This document shows positions 1 through 10,245 of a stretch of DNA of 64,000 nt, piece by piece. Made by a program: the position numbers and the translations under genes. The notes below the pieces were generated by a model, which saw nothing but the letters and a program-made list of their open reading frames with translations, did no database searches and had not been told where the DNA came from. The number at the start of each line of letters is the position of its first letter. The first letter of the stretch is position 1. This DNA is from Octopus sinensis (Eukaryota), in the NCBI RefSeq assembly GCF_006345805.1, contig NC_043013.1:32674001-32738000 (forward strand). The letters are read 5' to 3'.

Positions 1-204
1 AATATTGTTCGATCTCTGTGGCTTTCTCACTAGAAGTGGAGGTAGTGTAAAAATTAACACTTCCTTTTCCAAGCTTAAATTCGAAACTGAATCTAAGGAT
101 TCTCGCTCATTCAAACCACCACGTTCAATAGGTGTGAAAAATGGTTTTCTTTTTCCTGTCAAAAAGTGATTGATCATCTCCCTTTCGCCTACGACCTCAA
201 CCAT
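1..204 (-). CDS. Candidate first coding exon or ORF running off the window start (MVEVVGEREMINHFLTGKRKPFFTPIERGG...), product unknown
   Basis: 68 stop-free codons from an ATG at 204 in non-repetitive sequence. There is an in-frame upstream stop and a TATA-like TATTTATAA about 90 bp upstream on the minus strand. No family recognised. Confidence 0.25.
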   Translation of the reverse strand, partial: MVEVVGEREMINHFLTGKRKPFFTPIERGGLNERESLDSVSNLSLEKEVLIFTLPPLLVRKPQRSNNI

Positions 205-538
205 GTCAGCCGAAGTTCAAATGGTCAGCAGCTGACCTAGTTAGGTACAAAATCTGCTGCAGCGTGTCTATCTTTCTAGCTGTCTCGTTTCTTATAAATA
301 CCGGTTTTTTTAGCAGAGAAAAAAAGACAGATTTCCCACGACGCGACAGAGAGTGTCTCGACATGCAAGAGAAGAAAGTTATTGGATGCGACAACCAAAA
401 GACCGCTAGTCTACATTCCGAGATGAACGAATGCACACACAGACACATAACAAAACATATTCAGTTCTAACACATCACCTCTACAAATGTGACCCTTTTT
501 ACATATTGAACAACTCGTAGCAGTTGGAAACATTTATA

Positions 539-697
539 TGTAGGGTGAAGTATGTATACTGACAACACAATTGAAATCTAGTCAATAAATTATTTGTAAC
601 GATGAAGCGAAGTCATTCCTTTGTTTACTTCAAAGGCATACACATGCCTATTGCATCTATACACCTTTAAACACAACATTTAGCATTGACCACTACA
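539..697 (+). mobile_element. 5' LTR of a Ty3/Gypsy retrotransposon
   Basis: TGTAG...CTACA termini, internal AATAAA, followed after 2 nt by a primer-binding site and then gag. Confidence 0.75.
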
Positions 698-699
698 TT

Positions 700-709
700 T
701 GGTGACCCC
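700..709 (+). other. Primer binding site TGGTGACCCC (complementary to the tRNA-Trp 3' end)
   Basis: Lies directly after the LTR-terminal CA; complements the ...GGGGUCACCA end of eukaryotic tRNA-Trp. Confidence 0.75.
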
Positions 710-893
710 TGGCAAAGAATTGCAGCCTTCCCTTGAACCAGCTTCACCAACAGAACTGCATTTGGAAAATGAAGACGTTTATGTACTGCAGTTGAATTTT
801 CCATTTCAGCACTATGCTTTGTGATCCCGACGAAGAATCACAGCTTGCACATCACCTGACAACGAAACAGAACTGAGAATTCTTGCGAACACA

Positions 894-1185
894 ATGGCTC
901 TCCCAGAACAGAATCCAGTGGCGAACATATCTCCTAGCGATATGGCATTTCAAGCAGCAATTACGTTGAGAATTCCCCCATTCTGGACACATGACCCTGC
1001 ATTATTGTTTCACCATATAGAGGCCCAGTTTTCTTCTCACTGAGCTATGCATCTCGACTATCGCATGTAATCATTTCTTTATCGCCAGAGATCACGAACG
1101 TTGTCCGCGATCTCATTATGGCACCACCTGGTTCTGTGTTGTACGACACTTTTAAATCAACATTCATCAACAGAACTTAGGAGGG
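894..1185 (+). pseudogene. Degenerate Ty3/Gypsy gag N-terminus
   Basis: LRIPPFWTHDPALLFHHIEAQF...LSHVIISLSPEITNVVRDLIMAPPGSVLYDTFKSTFINRT resembles the LxLPPFWxxDPxLWFxxxEAQF...YxxLKxxLIxR gag motif; contains stops and a frameshift. Confidence 0.8.
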
Positions 1186-1199
1186 TGTACAGAAAGCAT

Positions 1200-1560
1200 T
1201 GAATAAGAGTAGGATGGAGAAAGTTCAGAGAGCTATTACCTCTTTTTGCAACAAAAGGACTTACTCTCTTCAAGTGAAAGGTTGATTGTATGACGATTGT
1301 CTACAAACAGCAATGCTGCACAGTAATAAGACAAGGGCCTTGAATGTAGATCATATGTGAAGACTAGAACAGAAACGAAGCTCGTATGCTCTATTTTACG
1401 TGCAGTGTCACAGTGCTTGTAGGAAAAAGGGCAAATGGGATTAGAGAAAAATTGGGCTTAAGAGGAATCAAGGGTTGTGTTCAAGAAAGAAGACTGCACT
1501 GGTGTGGACATGTAATGTGTATGAATGAAGACAGCCAATTGTTAAATGTTGGTGGGTTTT
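1200..1560 (+). mobile_element. RTE-clade LINE ORF2 C-terminal fragment
   Basis: GWRKFRELLP...KGLTL-VKG-LYD...IREKLGLRGIKGCVQERRLHWCGHVMCMNEDS (RLxWxGHV motif), disrupted. Confidence 0.8.
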
Positions 1561-2699
1561 GTGAAAAAGGAAGACATATAGACATGGACACATACACACA
1601 CATGCATGTACATATGCATACACACATATATACACATACACATGCATACACACAGATAATCTCAGAAGACTAGCAATATTTATTGACTGTAGAAGTAACA
1701 TATTTATTTCTTCACTGGATCTCATTTTTGATAAAATGATACAGATTAAATTTTCACTTGATATCCATTCATGTGTTCTTTTAATTCATTACCATTATTA
1801 ATATAATTTTTATAATTATTTATACTTTTATTTTTGTTTCAGTGTGTAACAGTTCCATTTACCCCTATTAATATTTTACAATGTCAATATTGTTTCTTTA
1901 TAAACTAATCTATTTTGACAACCAATAATTCACATTCTTTATTTATTAGAAACTTAGAATAAAATAAAGCAATTCCTCTATCAGTCTTTTGTGGTCTTTT
2001 ATCCATTAATTTGCTAAAATACAAATATATAATTATATTCAAGGAAACTTCAAAAATTAATTTCCAATCCAGTTTTATATTGAAACAAACTTTGTTACAT
2101 TGTTGTTTACTTGCAGAAATAACTTCTTGGGCATTTTTCTTTTAATAAACTCAATTCACTCTTTCTTTTTCTGTAATATTTCCTTAGCAACAAGAGCCAT
2201 TTCTGGTTGTGCTAAGGTAAAATTCTTGTAATTCTGGCTAAACTGGTTGCTTACATTTCTTCCATTCCAACAGCTTTGTTTCCTGTGCACGTTTCAATGA
2301 ATGTCTAAATTTTCCTATTGGAATTGAATATATTGGTTCCTGCATAAAAAGAGAAATGTACTTTATACATACAATGCTATATATCAAGAACAGACAATAA
2401 TGGTAGTGATGCCAAGTACACAGAACAGATACACAATTAACCCCCCCAACTTTTTTTTTTTTTACTATATTTCTGGTGAAATACACTGATTTTGCTTCAA
2501 TTAATTTTTAAAATAATGAAGAATTTAGCTAAATAGCTTTGCCTTGAATAAACTGCGGTTTGGAACATAAACCAATATGGAATTTTGATGGAAGGCTTTA
2601 TTTTAGATGACTTTAAAATGGAAAATTTGCATCATAGAAGAAGGGTACAATCTTAGGTTGGGATCAAAAGGGTTAAAGCAGAAGACTAAATCAAGTTAC

Positions 2700-3089
2700 T
2701 CTTTTACTTATTTCAATCATTTGACTGCGGCCATGCTAGAGCACCACCTTTAATCAAGCAAATTGACCTCAGGACTTATTCTTTGTAAGCTTAGTACTTA
2801 TTCTATCAGTCTCTTTTGCCGAACCACTAAGTTACGGGGACGTAAACACACCAGCATCGGTTGTCAAGCGATGTTGGGGGGGACAAACACAGACACACAA
2901 ACATACACACACACATATATATATACGATGGGCTTCTTTCAGTTTCCATCTACCAAAGTCACTCACAAGGCATTGGTCAGCCCGAGGCTATAGTAGAAGA
3001 CACTTGCCCAAAGTGCCACACAGTGAGACTGAACCCAGAACCATGTGGTTCATAAGTAAGCTACTTACCACACAGCCACTCCTACACCT
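2700..3089 (-). mobile_element. tRNA-derived SINE, family A (CORE-like body, internal CA/TA tract)
   Basis: A box TGGCTGTGTGG, B box-like GGTTCAGTC, TTGGGCAAGTGTCTT core and GGTGCTCYAGCATGGCCGCAGTC tail; more than 12 copies in the window. Confidence 0.85.
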
Positions 3090-3499
3090 AGTTCTTTTTT
3101 ATTGTTTTAGATTTCATTTCTTGAGATCCCTGGTTCTAAACCTGGGAGGCAGCTATACCTTTGTGACCCCACAAAAAAGTGGCAAATGCCAAGAAGGTAC
3201 TAGATGTTCAGAAGGAGTTGTTGGGTTTTCTCAGGAATAAAATATTCCAAGCCAGAGCAATGTTGTATTTATTGGCATAAAAGATGCATGCGTATATTAG
3301 ATGCACTACAATTTCAGCAACACAGATTCAAGAAAAAAATGCTTTTAATACATTAGAGCATGTAATAGGGGCCCAACTTCACAAGTTGATGATTCTTTTG
3401 AGAGTTCAAAAAAAAAAAAATTTACTTACATGTTATCGAATATGGTGCTTATATCTTAAAAGTATTTTGGAAACAAAAAATCTCTGTTTGTATTAAAAT

Positions 3500-3860
3500 C
3501 TATCTCTACCTATCTAGGTCATCCCTCAGGACGCCCTAAGACTATTTCAGCATGTTTTCCCCACTCATCTTGTTCTTCCATAATGGTCCTCAGCTCCTGT
3601 ACTCCTTCCATACCAGGATCCTCCAGCAAATTGTCGATATAGGTCATCTTCCTCCTTCCCCTTCTGGGTCTTCCATCTGTTGGTTTCCAGAACACTAGCT
3701 TGTTAGTAATTTCATCAGTATATCTGGTGCAGTGTCCAGCTAGCCTCATCCTTTTATGCTGTATCTTCAATGTTATTTTTGGTAGGCCCTGGTATTATCA
3801 ATGATCAGAAACCTTATTGATGCTGTGCCAAGGTCCGATATAATTTCTTTACTTAACCCT
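3500..3860 (-). mobile_element. RTE/RTE-X LINE 3' fragment
   Basis: ORF 3519-3770 KIQHKRMRLAGHCTRY...LVFWKPTDGRPRRGRRKMTYID is a typical RTE ORF2 C-terminus. Confidence 0.8.
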
Positions 3861-3910
3861 ATAACACTGATGATGACTTAGCCCTATAATGCTGTGTTCC
3901 TGGTAGAGCA

Positions 3911-4152
3911 GAAATACCTATTTCTTTACTACCCATAAGGGGCCAAACACAGAGGGGGACAAACAAGGACAGACAAATGGATTAAATCGATTACATTGAC
4001 CCCAGTGCATAACTGGTACTTATTTAATCGACCCCGAAAGGATGAAAGGCAAAGCTGACTTTGGCAGAATTTGAACTCAGAACGTAGCGGCAGATGAAAT
4101 ACCGCTAAGCATTTCACCCGGCGTGCTAATGATTCTGCCAGCTCGCCGCCTT
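3911..4152 (-). mobile_element. tRNA-derived SINE, family B
   Basis: GGCGGCGAGCTGGCAGAA head, GAGTTCAAAT B box, GCCTTTCATCCTTTCGGGGTCGAT body and CCCCTT(A/G)TGGG tail. Confidence 0.85.
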
Positions 4153-4364
4153 TAGAGCAGAAATAGCCAAAATGTGATATTTAATGGAATCTCGTTAAAG
4201 CGGTAATGAACAACAAACACAAAAGGAAGACAAAATATTAAAAATAGACAACCGATCATGTCACAGTTTTGTAGTCAATGGTGTTTATGACTCATTCTTA
4301 ATGGTGTACCCCTAGCTGTTTACTTTTGTTTTTATTCAAAAGAACATTCAAGCAAGGTCATTGC

Positions 4365-4640
4365 CAGGTGCCATTGGACTGGCTCCTGTGCAGGTGGCAC
4401 ATAAAAAGCACCATTTGAGCGTGGCCGTTGCCAGTACCGCCTGACTGTCCTTCGTGCCGGTGGCATGTAAAAGCCCCCACTACACTCTCAGAGTGGTTGG
4501 TGTTAGGAAGGGCATCCTGCTGTAGAAACTCTGCCAGATCAGATTGGAACCTGGTGCAGCCATCTGGTTCGCCAGCCCTCAGTCAAATCGTCCAACCCAT
4601 GCTAGCATGGAAAGCGGACGTTAACGATGATGATGAGGAT
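4365..4640 (+). mobile_element. Non-autonomous repeat ending in an RTE-type 3' tail
   Basis: AGGAAGGGCATCC motif and CAACCCATGCTAGCATGGAAAGCGGACGTTAACGATGATGATG end, recognised from memory as an RTE-like tail. Confidence 0.55.
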
Positions 4641-4644
4641 GATA

Positions 4645-4993
4645 CTCTCTCTTTTACTCTTTTCGAGCAAATTGACCCCAGGACTTATTCTTTGTAAGCC
4701 TAGTACTTATTCTATCGGTCTCTTTTGCCGAACCCCTAAGTTACAGGGATGTAAACACACCAGCATCGGTTGTCAAAAGATGTTGGGGAGACAAATACAG
4801 ACACACAAACACACACACACACACATACATATATATACATATATACGACAGGCTTCTTTCAGTTTCTATCTACCAAATCCACTCACAAGACTTTGGTCGG
4901 CCCGAGGCTATAGTAGAAGACACTTGCCCAAGATGCCATGCAGTGGGACTGAACGCACAACCATGTGGTTGGTAAGCAAGCTACTTACCACAC
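4645..4993 (-). mobile_element. SINE family A (tail partly deleted)
   Basis: Collinear with 2700-3089. Confidence 0.85.
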
Positions 4994-5207
4994 GAAACAA
5001 GTGTATGATGAACCCAGCACCTTGTCTGGTAAACCAGCAAAGTCTAGACTTTTTTTTGTTGAGAAGATTATCGACGGTATTCATTCTTTGGATGAAGAGT
5101 TTAGCATTACACAAATGATGAGAACGAAGCAGCAAGGAACTCTTCAATCACTTCCGTTCTCAAAGAATAACCAAGTTTGAAATGCCATCAAAGAGGACCT
5201 GCCAATG

Positions 5208-5576
5208 TTTAGGTGCAGGCATGACTGGTTGATTAAGAAGTCTGCTTCTCGGCCGGATGGTTTTGGGTTCAGTCCCACTGCCCAGCACCTTGGGCAAGTG
5301 TCTTCTACTATAGCCCAGGTTGATTAATACCTAAGAGTGTGAATTTGGTTGGTAGAAACTATGTGGAAGCCTGTCATGTGTGTGTGCCTTCACCACCACT
5401 TGACAACTGATGGTATTTTATTTACAACCAGGTAACTTAGCTGCTCAGCAAAAGAGATTGACAGAATAGATACAAGGTTTTAAAAAATGAGTGCTCAGGT
5501 TGATTTGTTTGACTAAACCCTTCAAGGTGGTGCCTCAGCATGGCCACAGTCATGATTGAAACATGTAAAAGATAAA
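5208..5576 (+). mobile_element. SINE family A, older diverged copy
   Basis: GGGTTCAGTCCCACTG...CCTTGGGCAAGTGTCTTCTACTATAGCC...GGTGGTGCCTCAGCATGGCCACAGTC. Confidence 0.75.
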
Positions 5577-5814
5577 TTAAGAGTGAAAACCCTGACTTTC
5601 ACTCCTGTGAAGCTTAATGCCACATTTCCTACTTTGAATGACCAGCTACCTGGTGTGATATCCAGATAGACTGACTGGTGTCTGTCATATCCTCAATGTG
5701 GATATAAAAATATAAAGAAATCTGGATATTTCCGACTGATTGATCTGAAGAGGAAATTGATTTCGTCTGAATTTGTAAATGCAGACGAGCAAAGCAGGGC
5801 ACAGTGAAGGTGCT

Positions 5815-6557
5815 CTCTTTTTACTTGTTTCAGTTATTTGACTGCAGCCATGCTGGAGCACCGCCTTTAGTCGAACAAATTTACTCCAGGACTTATTCTT
5901 TGTGAGCCTAGCACTTATTCTATTGGTCTTTTTTTTGCCGAACCGCTAATTTACAGGGATGTAGATATGCCAACATCGGCTGTCAAGTGACACACAAACA
6001 TATATACACACACGTACACACACGCACACACATGCACGAGGGCACACAACGGGCCTCTTTCAGTTTCCGTCTACCAAATCCACTCATAAGGCTTTGGTCG
6101 ACCTGAGGCTATCATAGAAGACACCTGCCCAAGATGCCACGCAGTGGGACTGAACCCGGAACCATGTGGCTGCTTGCCGATATTTCTATCTTTTCTGTTA
6201 TCTTTTACTTGTTCTAGTCACTGAACTGTGGCTATACTGGAGCACCGCCTTAAAAAGTTTTAGCTGAATGAATTGACTTCTACTTATTTTTTAAAAACCT
6301 GATACTTATTTTATTCGTCTGTTTTGCCGAACCGCTAGGCCACAAAGACGTAAACGCACCAACACCGGTTATCAAGTGATACACACACACACACACATAT
6401 ATGACCGGCTTCTTTCGATCCGTCTACAAAATCCACTCACAAAGCTTTGATCGACCCCATTCTATAGGAGAAGACACTTGCCCAAAGTGCCACACAGTGG
6501 AACTGAACCTACAACACGTGGTTAGGAAGCAAGCAACTTACCATACAACCACGCCTG
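5815..6557 (-). mobile_element. Two consecutive SINE family A copies (about 5815-6172 and 6195-6557)
   Basis: Each is collinear with the other family A copies. Confidence 0.8.
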
Positions 6558-6569
6558 ACAATAAGCTTT

Positions 6570-6945
6570 TGCTATTAGCAAACTTGATGAAAGTGACATC
6601 ATAAAATCGTAGAAGCAAGACCTTAAGAATCGATGTACCGTAGAAAATGCAGAAACAAATGCAGTTAACCATTGGAATAAAATCAACAACATTTAAGTTG
6701 ATACAGGTAAAAATTGAAGAGGAATAAAGGGAGGAAAAGAGAGAGTAATGGTAAGTCCCCAAGACATGATATGTTAGAAATAAGTGACGTGAGCAGAAAT
6801 ATAGAAGCTAAAAGGTATATAACGCTAAAGAAGCGTATAAAACACTTTGTGATAGAGAAATAAAGAAGTGTTACCTGGAAGATAAAGAAAAGTGGATTGA
6901 AGACCATGTAAAGACCGCAGAAAGTGCTGTAAAAAATCAAGAAGA
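6570..6945 (+). mobile_element. Decayed RTE LINE ORF2 fragment (endonuclease-RT linker); mirrored at about 24240-24600 (-)
   Basis: KLDESDIIKS*KQDLKNR...NHWNKIN...DREIKKCYLEDKEKWIEDHVKTAESA resembles the RTE linker; multiple stops. Confidence 0.55.
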
Positions 6946-7044
6946 GCGTTGTAGTTCGCTTGAAGCATTGTGATACAAAAGTAGAAAATTGAATAAAATG
7001 AGAAATAAGGAACGCTTCTAACGACGCAGAAAGGTTTAAAAACC

Positions 7045-7265
7045 TATACATTTCGGGTGCAAAGGCTTATCTTCAAAGAAATATGTATTTACATAGCTCC
7101 TGCCATTTTGGATAACCTGGTGTTAGAAATCGGACAATCCAAAATGGCAAGATCTATGTAAATACAGATTTCTTTGACTGTATTCTTCTGAAGATAGGCC
7201 TTTGCGCCCGAAGTATAAAGAGGTTTTGTGCCCAAAGTATAAAGGGGTTCTGCGCCCGAAGTATA
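7045..7265. mobile_element. Head-to-head inverted repeat with degenerate hammerhead-like motifs (Penelope-like); mirrored at about 23895-24130
   Basis: Arms about 7045-7113 and 7138-7215 are imperfectly inverted and carry (C/T)TGAAGA...GAA(A/G); followed by three 23-24-bp tandem copies of TGCGCCCGAAGTATAAAG. Confidence 0.45.
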
Positions 7266-9179
7266 AAAGGGTTTTTTTTTAAGCTTTCTGCATTGTTAGA
7301 AGCCTTCTTTATTTTTCACTTGATTTATTTTTCAGTTACTGTAACAATTATTCAAGAATCACATAGCATTGAGTTCTGTAGTATGGAAACAACAATGCGA
7401 GGATACATGTGAACAGCAAGAATGGTTAATGTCTAAAGGAAGGAGAGAACGACAAGAAAAGATGGGCGAGGGGCTGGTGGGGGGGGCATTTCTAAGAAAT
7501 GTTAAAATCAATCTGAACCGTGTGAGCTTTTACAGGTAACTGATTGTTTAAATTATCTTGAAAAAGAATAAAATTGTTAGTATAGCTGGAGTTACTGGTG
7601 AGCGTGTTAAATATGGAGGGGAAAACGAAGGAGAATCGCTTGCTTATCCTTTGTAACATGATCTATGATAGAAAATACCAAGAAATTAGAAAACATTTGT
7701 CATTGAGAAAGTGTCAAAGAAATAAGGTCTCTTGGTGATTGTTCAAACGAGAAAGTAGTTTCTGTAGTTATGGCGAACAGCGGGCTGCTTTCATTAATTT
7801 GTTGTTAAACATAATGAAGGAGACAACTGAAGTCATTTTAAGAGACTAACAATCTGGATTTTGTAGAAATAATTCAAGCTGCACTAATACCATTTTTGCA
7901 TCAGGACACACAATAATTGACAACACCGTCAAATACAAATCAACTGCAGACATTAATTTTATCACAGAAGAATCTTAACACTGCGAACCAAAAGTTAAGG
8001 TACAGAACATCGTTTATACTTTTGTTTAACCGTTTCCTTTATTGTTTCCTAATCTAAATACTTTCTCTTCATCCTGCTTAGCTTCTTGTTTGTACTTTCT
8101 TTTGTTCTTTCTTTATCTAGAGCGGAATGTCTCTTTTGTTTTCTTCTTGGTTCATGTATAACACAAATCTTTTTTTTTCCCCTTTTCCTGGGGGTCTGAC
8201 CGCATTACAGACAGCCCGATTTTCATCACTTTTCGTATTCAGGTAGATTGTTGTCATGAACAGAATCTCTTGCAGAGATCCTGTTACATTTATTTATTAT
8301 TTTATGAAGCTATTTGTTCGTGTATATCAGAAACAGATGTTTACTTTGATCGATGTTCATCGATCTTGTTACGTCCCATTTTCCTTTTATTTTCTTTATC
8401 GTTTCTGTGAGGTCCTCTTCAATGCTCGATCTGTTGCAATCTGTGTTTTTTATTCTCTTTGAAATCATCATCACAATCGTCAGCATCATCATCATTATTT
8501 CTTCGATAGTTTCATATGAATTTCTACTGCACTATCCGAGGTGCTTCCATGTCCCTGCGGTATTCACTGCTACCCTACTTTCAAAATACAATCAATCTCA
8601 ACTGTGGAGGAGCTACAGGGAAGCAAATGAACTTGCCTCGCATTCAAGACTACCAGCACCAGGTGCCGACGATGACCGACAACCGAGAAACCAACGGTTA
8701 TCTTACCCAAGTACAGAACTGACAAGGGGCTTCAAGTACCAGTTCCAAGATAGTATCTTGCGGAGATGAAAGACCGGATAATAGTTTAACAGTGTTGAAG
8801 ACAGTGAAGAAAAAAGAGGGAATGTAACAAACAGGATCGAGTTCAGATAAAAGGCAAGTCAGAGACTGAAAGTCTTTAACGAAAGGGTACCTAACCGCCT
8901 GAAGTTCTTTGACCTCACAGTTGGCCTAAACAGTTGCAAAATTCTAAATGAAATCCAGAATGAGATAAAGACGGACGAGAGAAATGCTGTGTAGATTGAG
9001 GAGAATCCATAAGAGATTACATCGAACATAAAATTGAGAGACTGCTTCCTCAAAACAACATCACTTATAATATTTACAGCCAATGAAGCACTCTCTTCAG
9101 GACGTGGGAAGCTTCGTAGTCCTTGCAAATTCGAAGATGCTCACGTCCAAAATCCAGAAACTTAGTTTGCAGAATATCG

Positions 9180-10160
9180 GACCGGAAGGTGATGAATTCA
9201 CAAAACCACTAGGATGTCGAAAAAAATGCCTCGCGGTATTTCTTCCAGCTCTTTGCGTTCCTGAGGTCAAACCCCTTCTGAGGTAAAGTTTTCCGAGGTC
9301 AAGAAAATCAAGCACCAATCAATTAGTGGGGTCAATTACATCGACTAAACCCTTCTCACAACTATGAAGCCTTATTCCTGTATTGTGAACAATACTACAA
9401 ACCGGAAAAATCACTAACGTGTCAGAGGAAATGCTTACTGTCATTTGTGTTGGCTTTTTACATCCCAAGTTCAAATTTTGCCGAAGCCAACTTTGCTTTT
9501 TACCTTTTCAGGGTCAATAAAATAAGTACAAGTAGAGCACTGGGGTCGATTTAATCGACTAGTCCCCTCTTCAAAGTTTTGGGTCTTGTGCCTATAGTAG
9601 AAGATCAATTCCTAACAATATCTGAAGAAGGAATTTTTGTATTCCGAAATAGTATTATTATATCAGACTATGGATAATTAAATTATAACAGTTAATATAG
9701 TTCACTCTGCATTGTTGTGCCATTCAAGACATGTTATATTTTACAAACAATACACAATGCTTCAAATGAACTACAATACTCTCTTAAGGCGGCGAGCTGG
9801 CAGAATCGTTAGCACGCCGGGTGAAATGCCTAGCCGTATTTCGTCTGCCGCTGCGTTCTGAGTTCAAATTCCGCCGAGGTTGACTTTGCCTTTCATCCTA
9901 TCGGGGTCGATAAATTAAGTACCAGTTACACAATGGGGTCAATATAATTGACTTAAATCCCTTTGTCTGTCCTTGTTTGTCCTCTCTCTGTTTAGCCCCT
10001 TGTGGGTAGTAAAGAAATAGGTATTTCGTCTGCCGTTACGTTGTGAGTTCAAATTCTGCCGAGGTCGGATTTACCTTTCATCTTTTCAGGGTCGATGAAA
10101 TAAGTACCAGTGAAACACTGAGATTGATATTATTGACTATCCCCCTCCCCAAATTTCAAG
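9180..10160 (+). mobile_element. Cluster of family B SINEs of different ages (about 9180-9360, 9420-9605, 9787-10020, 10021-10160)
   Basis: Repeated family B motifs, all in the same orientation; tail-to-internal junction at 10011-10028. Confidence 0.75.
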
Positions 10161-10162
10161 CC

Positions 10163-10245
<83 letters not shown>
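10163..10245 (+). repeat. (TTA)n tract at the 3' end of the R4/Dong-like LINE
   Basis: Pure trinucleotide run abutting the LINE 3' UTR; mirrored at 22808-22879. Confidence 0.95.

Noticed and set aside
7337-8000. Exon-like segments with AG/GT boundaries in the duplicated arm
   Set aside because: Stops in the plausible frames, and the donor near 7536 is not preserved in the other arm.
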